Source of the DNA: a virus
Taxonomy: Duplodnaviria > Heunggongvirae > Uroviricota > Caudoviricetes
DNA length: 64,000 nucleotides
Strand: one strand, 5' to 3'
IMG/VR virus record: IMGVR_UViG_3300049460_000121
Coordinates: 1-64,000 of that record
Shown: positions 11,844 through 22,131 of the stretch, piece after piece
Layout: each line of letters starts with the position of its first letter
Numbering within the stretch: position 1 is the first letter of the stretch
Notes under the pieces: generated by a model
The model's database searches: none
Told to the model about the DNA's origin: nothing
What the model saw: the letters and a program-made list of their open reading frames with translations, nothing else
Translations under genes and position numbers: made by a program

Positions 11844-12304
11844 GGGTGTGTTCCTTCAATACAGTCTTTATACGTCGGGCGAATCTTGCAGAACGACTGC
11901 CAGGCCAAAGTCAGTTCCGACACATTGTCGACCCTTGGCCCGAGAGGTTCCGGTTTATTCGCGACAGGTTTTGGAACAACCGGCTGGAGTCCTTTAATCT
12001 CCGTAGCCGGTAACTCCACAACATTTGCTTGACGCTCGGCGATCACCGCATCGAGTTGATCCTCTACCGAATTGAAATACTCGGTAGAGGCAGCCACTTC
12101 CTGACTCAAGTCCTTATTGAACTGGACAGTCAGGCCAGACATATCCACTTGGACGGCGAGGCGTTCTTCTTCTTGCCGGTTATTAACCTCGGCCCTTGCC
12201 TTCCCTTCGATGTACCCAATTGCCGCAGGTACGCCTTTATAGATGGTGAGGGCCACGACGGCGATAGCAATCACTACCGCCACGACTTTGAGATTTTTAA
12301 GCAT
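11840..12304 (-). CDS. Inner-membrane spanin (Rz-like)
   Basis: Single N-terminal TM, helical periplasmic domain, C-terminal Cys pair; coupled to a lipoprotein gene. Confidence 0.65.
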   Translation of the reverse strand: MLKNLKVVAVVIAIAVVALTIYKGVPAAIGYIEGKARAEVNNRQEEERLAVQVDMSGLTVQFNKDLSQEVAASTEYFNSVEDQLDAVIAERQANVVELPATEIKGLQPVVPKPVANKPEPLGPRVDNVSELTLAWQSFCKIRPTYKDCIEGTHP

Positions 12305-12305
12305 A

Positions 12306-12977
12306 TCAGCGTCCGTTTGGTGGAGTAAGGAACTTTCCATATATGCGGCAGAAGATCTCGCTGTACTTCAGACCTTCTTTGGACACGAAACGATCTTTCG
12401 ACCACACGTAGCCATGGCCATCCATTTCGTCTTTCATCGACTTCGGTGGGAACTCTGGGCCAGACAGCATCGACTTCAGGATGTCTGGGTGAGTATCGTC
12501 AATCAACGTGAGGGTAACGTACGACGCGCTGATCTCGTGCTTGTCCGACTTGATGATAATCGGAGGTCGCTTGTCCGGCATACCACCTTCACACAGGGTG
12601 TAGAGGACGCCTTCGTACTCCTTGACGATCCGGCTGAACACTTGCAGGCCGAAACGACTACGGAACTGGCGGGAAGACCCGGTGAACGTCACGTAACCCG
12701 CCCAAGGCAGATCCGTTTCGTACAGATCATTCATGTCGGGATGGTCACCCTCGCCAAGGACGGCCTTATCGACCTTCATGATGATCGTGTGGCGGCAGAA
12801 AATGTTGTCGCTTTTGGATGGGATATTGTAGTAGACGACATCAGCGGAATCCCGCTTACGCAGAACGCTCTGCAAGCTGGAGTTGGTGCTCGTGATCTCA
12901 CGACCTGCCCGAGCCTTCTCCAATGGGACACTGATGACATCGTATTTCTTCGCGACTTGCTTGGCTACAGCATTCAT
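12306..12977 (-). CDS. Hypothetical protein
   Basis: AAGGAG RBS before MNAVAK. Confidence 0.7.
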   Translation of the reverse strand: MNAVAKQVAKKYDVISVPLEKARAGREITSTNSSLQSVLRKRDSADVVYYNIPSKSDNIFCRHTIIMKVDKAVLGEGDHPDMNDLYETDLPWAGYVTFTGSSRQFRSRFGLQVFSRIVKEYEGVLYTLCEGGMPDKRPPIIIKSDKHEISASYVTLTLIDDTHPDILKSMLSGPEFPPKSMKDEMDGHGYVWSKDRFVSKEGLKYSEIFCRIYGKFLTPPNGR

Positions 12978-13134
12978 AACTGAAACTCCTTTACTGCTAT
13001 CCATTCGTAGTGGCACGCAACATAAGACTCCGACCCGAAGGCCGGAGTGGTGGGGTTTTACTCACGGTATATCGGAGTAAGTCTCACCCGAATATGCTGC
13101 GTAACAGTTTTGTTATACCATACCACGAAGTGTG

Positions 13135-13758
13135 TTATTTATTACCAAGGATGCTGATGGCTGCTTCGGCGATGGTATCGTACAGATTATTGGCCACGCA
13201 TGGCTTCAATCGTAGGAACGCCAAACCGTTGATGAAGTGGTAGTCCATCACAGACGACATAGTCGCCAAGCACACACGCTTAACCAGCAACGATCCTTTT
13301 GGAGTCAGTTGGTGGGTTATGTTGTCAATGAGTTCCCATTCAGGGTCATCGATGTACACAAACATCTCAGCGGGTTCGGTGGGTGGTTCTGGGTGGGTAT
13401 GTGTACCCATGTTGAACAGCCAGCCTTCTTGCAGCGGAACCTTCAACAGCCGATAGCCGAGGTTGGCCTTCTTGGCCCTGTAAGGGATCATGACAGCCCG
13501 TTGGAACATTACTCCGTCCGGCAGGTTGTTCATGATCGACTTGTACGGCCAGTGAGCTAACATGAACTGTGTCGGTGTCAGGACTCGTCTAGATTTGGTG
13601 ATCTCAATAACAACACTCTCACGAGGTGTCATCAAAGGGATCATCGCGTAGGCCAATAACTCAGCCTCCGACAACTTCTTGAGTCCTACAGGTTCCGGTG
13701 GAGGAGGAGGTGGCGGTTCAGGCTTCTTCCGGAGTCTGTCCTTAATACGCTCGAACAT
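13135..13758 (-). CDS. Hypothetical protein with N-terminal poly-Pro
   Basis: ORF in a tight minus-strand operon. Confidence 0.65.
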   Translation of the reverse strand: MFERIKDRLRKKPEPPPPPPPEPVGLKKLSEAELLAYAMIPLMTPRESVVIEITKSRRVLTPTQFMLAHWPYKSIMNNLPDGVMFQRAVMIPYRAKKANLGYRLLKVPLQEGWLFNMGTHTHPEPPTEPAEMFVYIDDPEWELIDNITHQLTPKGSLLVKRVCLATMSSVMDYHFINGLAFLRLKPCVANNLYDTIAEAAISILGNK

Positions 13759-13760
13759 GG

Positions 13761-14030
13761 TCAGAACTTTACGGTACTTGAGATGCTGTCGTCGAACAGG
13801 CGCGGAACTTCAAGACCCAGGCCGAGGTTCGCAGCAGCAAGACCCATGGCCTTCAGCCCATGCTCAGGAGTTTCAAACACGAAGAGGTTTTCATCCCAGT
13901 GTCTACTCTCGCCATGTAGCAAGTAGTAACGATCGCCAGCCTCGGAAACGATCTTGCCGTATTCAATGGTGGTGGGGAATTTACGATCGATACTAACTTC
14001 GATCTTGCGTATTACCGTACGGTCACTCAT
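13761..14030 (-). CDS. Hypothetical protein
   Basis: ATGA coupling, GGAG RBS. Confidence 0.6.
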   Translation of the reverse strand: MSDRTVIRKIEVSIDRKFPTTIEYGKIVSEAGDRYYLLHGESRHWDENLFVFETPEHGLKAMGLAAANLGLGLEVPRLFDDSISSTVKF

Positions 14031-14404
14031 ATTTGTCTCCGTATCTCACCCATCCGTTGAACCTCGATACCGAGAGATTCACAGACCTTTATTAGGAAGT
14101 TGACGAGGATGTGGCGATGGCAGAACTTGTCAGCACCGCAGTAACATGCGATGGCGACTTCTTCCATGTTGCACACTTCTAGCCAACGTGCTTGGTTTGC
14201 GCGATAAGACTCGCGCATGTGCCCAGTATAATGCTGGGTATACTCCGCTTCGGTAATCTCCCCAGCCTTGTAGGCCATGACGAGTTTACGGGGCGGAGCA
14301 AAGACTTTGTCACCGCTCTTGAATGTGGTGTCGAGAAACGGAATCTTTTGACGATCCGCTTCCCGCCACTGAGCGACCTGGATAGTCCAGACCTTCATTA
14401 CCAT
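14027..14404 (-). CDS. DUF488-like protein
   Basis: FAPP, Y...Y, CYC....FCHR motifs. Confidence 0.6.
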   Translation of the reverse strand: MVMKVWTIQVAQWREADRQKIPFLDTTFKSGDKVFAPPRKLVMAYKAGEITEAEYTQHYTGHMRESYRANQARWLEVCNMEEVAIACYCGADKFCHRHILVNFLIKVCESLGIEVQRMGEIRRQI

Positions 14405-15405
14405 TACCTACCTAGCAGGATGCGCCAGATCGCCTTCAGACGGTAGCGCCAGGTTGGAGTGCCGTAGATGAGGGCGTGCTTGTACGTCTCCAGCCACGTA
14501 TGCTTCATTGAGAACGCCGCAGAGAAGGCATGACCACCGCCGCCATTGGCAGAAGCGATCTTATCAACAGGGACGTTAGAGGAACGCAGACTGTAGATCG
14601 TCTTGCCATTGCGCTCCGTGTAGAGTACCACGTAAGGGTACTTCTTGCCGAGGATGTCGCCGATCTCGTTACGCAGGTGGTGTGGAGCATTAACGAATGG
14701 GATCTTCTTCCCACCGATGTCAATGAGCTGGATGTATTCCCGCATCACCGACTTGATGATCTTCTCGTCGTATGCAATCAGCATGTTGCCTTGAGTGATG
14801 ATGTTGTTGCGAGCATCACCCGTAGCTGTAGCAACCTGATTGAACCGCTCAAGAGTCAGAGGACCATTGATCAGCCAAGCGTTGAGCGCCTTGCCTTCAG
14901 GGATCTGGTGCTTCCACAGATCGTAGTCCTCGATCCACAACAGGACTTCAGGGACTTGGAGTTCAGCGTCACCGGTAAAGTACAACGTACCGATGTCATT
15001 GAAGAAGCGCCACGTCAACACAGCGCCGGAGCGCTCGACGTTCGTGCAGAGGAGGATAGGGGTTTCTTCAGCCTGCATCACCATCACTGGCAACTCGCTG
15101 ATGCCCTTACACTGACGGTAGCGGTGTTCCAGTTTCTCGATCGCCGACTTGTGATGGTCGATGATCATGATGAACTGTACATCATCAATCACTGAGTCAA
15201 TCTCTTCTTTGGTAAAGGAGAGGTCGACCAAGAAGACTTTCTTGCCTTTCAGGTTAGGCATTGCATCGCCGTACTGCCAAGCAATATAATCTGCGGACTC
15301 ACCTAAGTGTCCGTAGGCTACCCAGGCTGACGCGATGCCATCATTACAGCCACGGTGATAAAGAACAACTGTGTCACGCAGACACGGCTTAGGGATAGAC
15401 GTCAT
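14404..15405 (-). CDS. DHH/DHHA1-family phosphoesterase
   Basis: YH.GC.DG, VDLS, IDHH, DYDLW, SLRS, GGGGH motifs. Confidence 0.88.
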   Translation of the reverse strand: MTSIPKPCLRDTVVLYHRGCNDGIASAWVAYGHLGESADYIAWQYGDAMPNLKGKKVFLVDLSFTKEEIDSVIDDVQFIMIIDHHKSAIEKLEHRYRQCKGISELPVMVMQAEETPILLCTNVERSGAVLTWRFFNDIGTLYFTGDAELQVPEVLLWIEDYDLWKHQIPEGKALNAWLINGPLTLERFNQVATATGDARNNIITQGNMLIAYDEKIIKSVMREYIQLIDIGGKKIPFVNAPHHLRNEIGDILGKKYPYVVLYTERNGKTIYSLRSSNVPVDKIASANGGGGHAFSAAFSMKHTWLETYKHALIYGTPTWRYRLKAIWRILLGR

Positions 15406-15464
15406 GGTGGTTCCTAACTGGATAACGTGAGGGTGGACGGTTGCCCGTCCACCTTTATACGGTG

Positions 15465-15872
15465 TTACTGACCCAAGCTACCCCAGTAGAGAAAGACCTG
15501 CCGTTGCAGGTTCTTGGTCATGATGCGGCGTTCGGCGCGGTCATCAACGGCGTCGTATAAATCCCAGAAGCCTTTGCCAGGCAGGTCTTTGTCTTCGCCC
15601 GACTTACGCACCACGATCACCGTCAAGTGAGGTTGCCCTTGAGCACGGCAGAAGTGGTAGATGCTCGACAGCAGAGGCGAGAGCGTACTCCCCAACTGAT
15701 TACCCTTATTAGGGAGGCCGAACTCATTGGCAATGTTCTCGTAAGTGGTCGTGTGACCCAAGAACGCTTTACCTACCAAGTAGCTATAGATAGACCGGAT
15801 AAGGAACGGCCGGAACATGTCCTTAGTTTCTTGCAGGTCGGCTTGTTTACGCATTACGTCAATGTTGTTCAT
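15465..15872 (-). CDS. Hypothetical protein, possible winged-helix domain
   Basis: TTY..IA, P.LTVIVV.K...PG.GF pattern; GGAG RBS. Confidence 0.6.
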   Translation of the reverse strand: MNNIDVMRKQADLQETKDMFRPFLIRSIYSYLVGKAFLGHTTTYENIANEFGLPNKGNQLGSTLSPLLSSIYHFCRAQGQPHLTVIVVRKSGEDKDLPGKGFWDLYDAVDDRAERRIMTKNLQRQVFLYWGSLGQ

Positions 15873-15939
15873 GGTGAAACTCCAGCCACGTAGTGTGGCA
15901 TTACATCGTGGACGTGAATGTCCAGGAATAGGGTGGGTG

Positions 15940-16281
15940 TTACTGTACGACGGTCAGACCGTCTGTATTGTCGGTGATCACGCCAGTGTTCAGGTCGATC
16001 GACCAGAACGTATTGACGCCAGTGGAGACATTGCCTGGGCCGATGTCCACGATGGTAAAGAACACGATACCCTCAACGATGAGCTGTTCTGGATCATGAC
16101 CGATGACTAGCGACTGGTCGTTGGACAGCATGACACCAATAGGCGGGAAGTCAGGACCGTCACCGATCAACTCTTTGATGCGGTCCATGATCTTGTTGTT
16201 GAGCTCAACGGAACATTGAGCGTTGCGATCGGCTACGTAAGCCAGGATCGTTTCGATCTCTTTGATGTTGATGAAGTCCAT
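15940..16281 (-). CDS. Hypothetical protein
   Basis: AAGGA RBS. Confidence 0.6.
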   Translation of the reverse strand: MDFINIKEIETILAYVADRNAQCSVELNNKIMDRIKELIGDGPDFPPIGVMLSNDQSLVIGHDPEQLIVEGIVFFTIVDIGPGNVSTGVNTFWSIDLNTGVITDNTDGLTVVQ

Positions 16282-16294
16282 AGTGATTCCTTAA

Positions 16295-17155
16295 TTAACG
16301 ATTGCCAATGTTATCGCCGTCTTCTTCATCTTCATCGAAGGGGAGTTCAGGGTAGTCGTCATCCACTACGACAGACAGGTCTTTGTCTCGACGGAAGGCG
16401 ATATGCTCGGCACGGTACGTACGAGGTAAGAACCTCGCATGACGGAAGATGATGTCACTGTCCATGTATCGACGGAAACACCAGGTGTACAGGTAATGAC
16501 ACAGCCGCTTGATGGAGTCCAAACCAGGCTCGGAGAAATCCACCTCTTTACGGTTGTGTAATGCCAGCACGGTTTGCCAGAACTGTCCGAACGACTTGTG
16601 GTAATCGTCCCACTGCATCCGGTCTGGCCAACTGTTGATAATGCCCTGAAGGTAGACGTCGTTATGCTCTTTCAGCAAGTCTTCCATCAGCGTAACGAAA
16701 TGTCGATGGCTGGTGAAGAAGTAGTGTTGCCCAAACTCCTTACCCATCTCCCCGTATTTACCAGGTCCGGTCTTCTTCAGAATCTTGGCGCGTTCCTGTT
16801 CCTCCATCCTCGCCAAATGCGCTCTACGCATCGCCAGCCGACCTTCAAGTTCAAAGTCCTTGACGATAGAGGTTTGGGTGATGGAGGCGAGATAAGGCCA
16901 ACCCATACGCCGCGCCAGCAGATCACCGGCTTGAGTATGCGGGATCTTGTTCGCGTCAAACAGGTGGGTCCGTAGCCGGTTGAAGAAACTCTGGAGGACA
17001 TACGGCTTGCCATCGAGTAACGACAGCGTCCGTTCCAGGTCTTCACGGTCGACTTCAGGTGGAATCCAATCCATTGGATCAGGCATACCCTCCCATGACT
17101 TAGGAGGAATGATCGGTGGGAGGTAATAACGGACGGGGTTCTTCTTGCTAGCCAT
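16295..17155 (-). CDS. Hypothetical protein
   Basis: AGGAG RBS; acidic C-terminus. Confidence 0.7.
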   Translation of the reverse strand: MASKKNPVRYYLPPIIPPKSWEGMPDPMDWIPPEVDREDLERTLSLLDGKPYVLQSFFNRLRTHLFDANKIPHTQAGDLLARRMGWPYLASITQTSIVKDFELEGRLAMRRAHLARMEEQERAKILKKTGPGKYGEMGKEFGQHYFFTSHRHFVTLMEDLLKEHNDVYLQGIINSWPDRMQWDDYHKSFGQFWQTVLALHNRKEVDFSEPGLDSIKRLCHYLYTWCFRRYMDSDIIFRHARFLPRTYRAEHIAFRRDKDLSVVVDDDYPELPFDEDEEDGDNIGNR

Positions 17156-17209
17156 GTCGCGTACTCCTAGATAGATGGGGTGTAAGTTGAGTCCCCGGAG
17201 GGACTCAGA

Positions 17210-17563
17210 TCAATGGGTATCGATGATACTTGCCGACTGGTCGATGATAGTCCGATTAGGATAGTCGATGAGGATAAACGCTCTGACCGAAGCGCCCATC
17301 ACTTCTCCTACGAAGTAGCGTTCAATCAGTTGAAAGTAGAACACACCCGCAGGATAGTTCACTTCACCATCACGCCACAGTAGACTGGTGGGGTCGTTGG
17401 AATAGCGTGCCACAAAGTCCAAATCAGACTCGACATCGTACTTGGCAAGGATCGCTTCGTCCAACACGTCTCTGAACTCAGCCAGTAGAACTGGACCTCC
17501 TTTACCTTCGATCTCTTCGTAGATAGCGAGGAGGTCAAAGAGGTCGACGTATTGTTGATCCAT
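17210..17563 (-). CDS. Hypothetical protein
   Basis: AAGGAG RBS overlapping the dcd end. Confidence 0.6.
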   Translation of the reverse strand: MDQQYVDLFDLLAIYEEIEGKGGPVLLAEFRDVLDEAILAKYDVESDLDFVARYSNDPTSLLWRDGEVNYPAGVFYFQLIERYFVGEVMGASVRAFILIDYPNRTIIDQSASIIDTH

Positions 17564-17565
17564 GA

Positions 17566-18288
17566 TTAACTCCTTGGTAGGGTGACCCCTCGTTGGGACA
17601 TGTACTTGCCATCACGGTCCTTGTAGGACGTCAGGCAGTCTTCGTCGCTTTCGAAGAACAGCATCTGAGCAACGCCTTCGCCTGCGTATACCTTGGCGGG
17701 CAGAGTGGTGGTGTTCGAGAACTCCAGAGTCACTTCACCTTCCCACTCAGGTTCGAGCGGAGTCACGTTCACGATGATACCGCAACGCGCGTAGGTGGAT
17801 TTACCCAGGCAGATGGTCAGTACATTGCGAGGGATCTTGAACCACTCTTTGGTACGGGCCAGGGCGAAGGAGTTCGGTGGAATGATGCAGACATCGCCAA
17901 CGAAATCCACGAAGCAGTTCGGGTCGAAAGCCTTCGGGTCCACCATCGAGTTGTTGATGTTGGTGAAGATCTTGAACTCGTTACCGCAACGTACGTCATA
18001 GCCGTACGATGACGTTCCGTAACTAATCTTCTTGTCCTCTTCGCTGCCACGTACCTGGCCAGCTTCGAACGGAGCGATCATCGGGAACCACGGATTCATG
18101 CGATGAAAATATTCTATCGCGGCATCGTCGACAGGCGACCAGTGGCGACCATCGCTCATGCCCTGACCTACCACACCCAGATCGACAGTCGACCAGGCAA
18201 ACTCGTACGAGGCGTTCTGTACGATGTAGGTGAAGTGAGTCGGCAGGGTGGATTTGCGAACGATAAAGCGATCTGATTTGATGGACAT
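17566..18288 (-). CDS. dcd: dCTP deaminase with N-terminal insertion
   Basis: [43 protein letters not shown], YxDRxGKY. Confidence 0.96.
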   Translation of the reverse strand: MSIKSDRFIVRKSTLPTHFTYIVQNASYEFAWSTVDLGVVGQGMSDGRHWSPVDDAAIEYFHRMNPWFPMIAPFEAGQVRGSEEDKKISYGTSSYGYDVRCGNEFKIFTNINNSMVDPKAFDPNCFVDFVGDVCIIPPNSFALARTKEWFKIPRNVLTICLGKSTYARCGIIVNVTPLEPEWEGEVTLEFSNTTTLPAKVYAGEGVAQMLFFESDEDCLTSYKDRDGKYMSQRGVTLPRS

Positions 18289-18302
18289 CGGGATTCCTTG
18301 GA

Positions 18303-18668
18303 TTAATTGTCGGACGTAACAAACCGGTATTTCGGCAGATGAATATCACCTTCCACATGCCGATGAATTTGGGTCAACCATTCAACGCCATCGTTCGAGT
18401 CCATGAGCTGGAACGTTTGGCTGAACAGGTGGAGGTGTGTATCATCCCCCTTACGACACATGGCGTACTTCAGGCTATCCGCGACGTAAAGGATCTCACG
18501 ACGGACGCCGGTGTGTTTCCAGCATTCCAGACGGATTGCTCGTTTAGGCTCAACAGCCAGACCCAGGGTATTCACTGGGATATAAAGGAAAGCTACATCA
18601 CCCGGCTTCTCGATTGCAGGTGAACCACGCGAGATGCTGACTACGTTAGTCTTTGCGTAGGAATTCAT
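18303..18668 (-). CDS. Hypothetical protein
   Basis: ORF in operon. Confidence 0.55.
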   Translation of the reverse strand: MNSYAKTNVVSISRGSPAIEKPGDVAFLYIPVNTLGLAVEPKRAIRLECWKHTGVRREILYVADSLKYAMCRKGDDTHLHLFSQTFQLMDSNDGVEWLTQIHRHVEGDIHLPKYRFVTSDN

Positions 18669-18672
18669 GTTG

Positions 18673-19128
18673 TTATTTCCCTATGGTGAAGTTGTAGCGG
18701 ATGCCACTGAATCCTCTGTTCTTGAAGAACACCACATCGCAGGTGGATTTACCTGGATCGAGTTCTTCACCTAACCGGACAGCAGCTTGGTTGGCAACTC
18801 GTACTTCGTTTTCCAGCACGTACTGACGATCGTACACGTCCTCGATGATGAGGCGTAGCGGGTAAGCGGTACCGTCGTGGATGATCATGCCCACGAAACC
18901 CATGTTGTTGATGTCGTTTGCAGCAGCGTTCAGGCTGATGAACCGATTGGCGTGGAAGTCAATCAGTTCCTTCGGATTGGTGCTAGCCAGTACGCCGTTC
19001 AGGATCTCACCCCTGACATGCGGTGCGACGCGTTTGAGCATCTTCAGCGTCATCTTCTTGACAGTTGCCTTGTCATGGAACTTATGGATCAAGGAGAGTT
19101 GCAAAAGTGTATCGAGAGATTCTAACAT
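18673..19128 (-). CDS. Hypothetical protein
   Basis: AGGA RBS before MLESLD; downstream of a TACATTAT motif. Confidence 0.6.
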   Translation of the reverse strand: MLESLDTLLQLSLIHKFHDKATVKKMTLKMLKRVAPHVRGEILNGVLASTNPKELIDFHANRFISLNAAANDINNMGFVGMIIHDGTAYPLRLIIEDVYDRQYVLENEVRVANQAAVRLGEELDPGKSTCDVVFFKNRGFSGIRYNFTIGK

Positions 19129-19168
19129 CGAAATAGTCCTAGATAGTCTTGGCTGTAACACCAAGACT

Positions 19169-19194
19169 ATAATGTAGCATCAGAGATCAGTTGA
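19169..19194 (-). promoter_or_regulatory. Putative early promoter (GCTACATTAT) with downstream 10-bp hairpin
   Basis: Recurrent motif. Confidence 0.45.
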
Positions 19195-19815
19195 CTAACC
19201 GAAGATCTTGTCTAGCGTAGCCCTTACCACCGCAGCCACTTCAGTCGGATGAGGTTTACCATCAATGACGAGGAAACGCGCAGGATCTTGCACGATCCGC
19301 ATTTTGTAGCCTTCGATCGTTGCGATGGCGTTCTTGTAGAACTCTTCTTCCAGACGATCCAGCCGACCACGAGCAGCAGCCCGATGCATACTGGTTTCAA
19401 TGTCGATGTCGAAGTAGAAGGTCCAGTTCGGTTTGAAGTAACCGATGCTCACCTTTTCGATATCGGCGATTTGATGGGAACGAATCCCCTTAGCACGCTG
19501 ATAGGCAAACGTCGAGTCAGCGAAGCGGTCACAGAGGACAACGTAGCCTTTGACGAGGTGTGGTTCGATGACCTGCTCTATGTGTTGCTTTCGAGCGGCG
19601 TAGAACATCATGGTCTCGGTGACGATATCCACCGGTTCATCATGTTTGGACAACAGCAGCTCACGGATTTTCTCCGCATACGGCGTGCCCCCAGGCTCAC
19701 GAGTGACGATGTAAGGAATCCCCTTTGTCTGGAGATATTCCTCGATTACGTCACGCTGAGTTGTCTTCCCAGCCCCATCAATCCCTTCTAGGGAAATCAT
19801 AATTCCACGTTGCAT
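19195..19815 (-). CDS. tmk: Thymidylate kinase
   Basis: EGIDGAGKTTQ, TREPGGT, CDRFADST.AYQ. Confidence 0.96.
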   Translation of the reverse strand: MQRGIMISLEGIDGAGKTTQRDVIEEYLQTKGIPYIVTREPGGTPYAEKIRELLLSKHDEPVDIVTETMMFYAARKQHIEQVIEPHLVKGYVVLCDRFADSTFAYQRAKGIRSHQIADIEKVSIGYFKPNWTFYFDIDIETSMHRAAARGRLDRLEEEFYKNAIATIEGYKMRIVQDPARFLVIDGKPHPTEVAAVVRATLDKIFG

Positions 19816-19891
19816 TTATACCGCCCCAATTTTATGTATTCGCATCTTATAACCAGAACCTTTAAAGTTTTAACACAAGTGGAGTCTTGAC

Positions 19892-20371
19892 ATGTATGTA
19901 GATCGTACAAAGTCAGCCGCTGACAACATGTTAGCGTTGCTGAACACTACCAACGATGCTGAACTCACCTATGCTGACTTCCAGCTGGGCGATCCAACCG
20001 CATTGCCTCCTGTCTATCTGCCACCTGCTGACCCGGAAGATCCGGATGAGCCGCAGATCGTCGATCGCTCTGCCGACAACACCCAAATCTCCGCCACTGG
20101 TAAAGGGGACTACAGCGAAGTCGTGCAGCTGACCTACCGTCGTCTGGACCTGGACTTCGAAGTTCAGTTCATTCGTTACGACGCGGTTGACTACACCGAC
20201 TGGGCTGACTTCAAAGCCAAGTTCGCGGTGAAGAACGACATCCGTGTCGAAGAGCTGGTATTCAACCCAGCCGCCCTACCTACCGTTCCTGGTACGTACG
20301 ACATTGCCGTCAACCCAGTGGCCAAGTCGCTGATCTACTTCGGCACCAAGACCATCAAAATCACTGTTTAA
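19892..20371 (+). CDS. Putative tail/virion structural protein (YRRLDL family)
   Basis: LALLN..N, NT, YRRLDL, S..Y.G pattern seen in phiKZ-like tail-associated proteins. Confidence 0.65.
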   Translation: MYVDRTKSAADNMLALLNTTNDAELTYADFQLGDPTALPPVYLPPADPEDPDEPQIVDRSADNTQISATGKGDYSEVVQLTYRRLDLDFEVQFIRYDAVDYTDWADFKAKFAVKNDIRVEELVFNPAALPTVPGTYDIAVNPVAKSLIYFGTKTIKITV

Positions 20372-20385
20372 GGCGGTCATAACCC

Positions 20386-20835
20386 ATGCTCGTTGATACT
20401 AGCAAAACAGCGTTTGAAAACATGCTGGCCTTGCTGAACACTACCAACGGGACCGAGTACACGGAAGAAGACGTGTCGTTCGGTCCTCCGGTGGTCTACA
20501 GCGATGTAGCACACCCCGACTACAACACCAAGGTCGTGATGACGGGTATCGGTGATTACACTGGCACCATCGACTTGTTCTACAAGCGGTTGGACCTCGC
20601 TCGTGAAATCATGTACCGTGACTACCAGGGTGGGGCTTATCCTGACGTAGAGACCTTCATGGCGTACGTGGCGACGCGCAACGACGTGATCGGTACCGAC
20701 ATCATCCTGGAGATCGATTACATCCCTAACGGTCCAGGAGACATCCCCTCGCACATCCTGCCAGCGGTTGACTCTTGGCTGTACATGGGTGAGCGTGAGA
20801 TCGTGTTCCTCGGCGTACCACCCGTAACACCGTAA
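20386..20835 (+). CDS. Paralogue of the preceding structural protein
   Basis: Shares NMLALLNTTN, NT, YKRLDL, S.LY.G. Confidence 0.65.
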   Translation: MLVDTSKTAFENMLALLNTTNGTEYTEEDVSFGPPVVYSDVAHPDYNTKVVMTGIGDYTGTIDLFYKRLDLAREIMYRDYQGGAYPDVETFMAYVATRNDVIGTDIILEIDYIPNGPGDIPSHILPAVDSWLYMGEREIVFLGVPPVTP

Positions 20836-20851
20836 CAAAAAAAGAATAGGC

Positions 20852-20882
20852 TAGACGCAGGCGTGAGCCTGCGTCTATGCCG
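20852..20882 (+). terminator. Terminator
   Basis: TAGACGCAGGC gtga GCCTGCGTCTA followed by TGCCG; upstream A-tract. Confidence 0.75.
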
Positions 20883-21094
20883 TTCGCAGCACAAAGTCAG
20901 GGGATATCACCCCTGACCTCAGCCGACTTAAAAAGTCTAAACCAGCGGTGCTGGATTCCTACAGATTTATATTTCCGTACTGTTGCGATACGACAGTCAA
21001 GACTGCAATCAAAACAAAGGTTCGGAACATCTGCTTAACTAAACCACGAACAATCACGTTATTACTCACTGAAAATAAAGGTAGAACTGGCATA

Positions 21095-21445
21095 TCAGTC
21101 GTGGATAGGAACCGTTGTGCTCACGTACTCCTCACACATCGCCGAAACTTCGCTGGCGATCGTCGCGGTAGTGGTGTTAAGACTACCGCGATAAAGATCA
21201 TCGGTGATGTTTAGTAACAAGGGTACCGTAGCACGATACCCCATGTCACCCATCTTCTTCTCGTCTCGCAAATAGGTCAGCACTTCGGCTTTGGCTACCC
21301 CATCATCATGCTTCTTCGCAATACCCTTGGCTTCCTTCGCCAGGTTGTTGCAATCCTTTTGTTGTACAAGGTATTCGCCGGCCACCGCATTGGTAGCAAT
21401 CAAAGAACCCAGAGCCAACAGCAGTACTGTCGCGAGATGTTTCAT
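21095..21445 (-). CDS. Secreted/periplasmic protein
   Basis: Sec signal MKHLATVLLLALGSLIATNAVA; Cys pair. Confidence 0.7.
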   Translation of the reverse strand: MKHLATVLLLALGSLIATNAVAGEYLVQQKDCNNLAKEAKGIAKKHDDGVAKAEVLTYLRDEKKMGDMGYRATVPLLLNITDDLYRGSLNTTTATIASEVSAMCEEYVSTTVPIHD

Positions 21446-21454
21446 GTAACTTCC

Positions 21455-21979
21455 TTAGAATTTCTGTCCGCTGTGACCCACAGCTTCGACATTTAGTTTG
21501 AAACTGATCAGGCTGAGAATGTCGACCCGATCTTCATCAGTTCTGCACGAGTCGATCTCATGCACCAGGGACTTAATGTTAACCCCACCACGCCGACGAT
21601 CGGCACCCCAGGCCAGTGTAGCGATCTGGTTGATGTACAGGTTATCAATGATCCATGGCGATGCTTCGGCTAGTGTCTTCAACTGATGAACAGTTGGTTG
21701 AACCAGTTGGCAAGAGAAGTACCGACCCCCGTCTTTCTCAGCCGCTTGCTTGCGTTTCCGATGGTAGTCGGTATCGCGAGAAGTCAGCAACGAGACGTAG
21801 TTGTCGTTAACCATTGCGGCCAGGATACCATCATCCACAGCCTCATCGGAGAAATCAAACTTCTCCAGATTGCGTTGCACGTAGTCGTAGACGTTGAAAT
21901 CAACCAACGCTTCAACCACGCAGCCGTTGTAGTAGAACGGCATCCCTTTTCGTACATAACCCAGTTTTACTAGACTCAT
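21455..21979 (-). CDS. Hypothetical protein
   Basis: AGGA RBS. Confidence 0.65.
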   Translation of the reverse strand: MSLVKLGYVRKGMPFYYNGCVVEALVDFNVYDYVQRNLEKFDFSDEAVDDGILAAMVNDNYVSLLTSRDTDYHRKRKQAAEKDGGRYFSCQLVQPTVHQLKTLAEASPWIIDNLYINQIATLAWGADRRRGGVNIKSLVHEIDSCRTDEDRVDILSLISFKLNVEAVGHSGQKF

Positions 21980-22131
21980 AGTCCTATCCTCATTACTTAG
22001 CGATTCACCACCCTTACAGGGTAAGTGTTCTTACCTGTCACCAATGTCAGCATGTTTTTTCTTATCACATCGACGTTAGAATACTACAGCAGCAGGGCAG
22101 GCGCTCTAGTCCACCCTACTGCTATCCCTGT

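Noticed and set aside
18303-18668. YIPVNTLG as a second macrodomain
   Set aside because: Only a short match; the other macrodomain motifs are absent
20960-21093. Short minus-strand hydrophobic ORF as a holin
   Set aside because: Too short, with no convincing evidence of coding or family motifs
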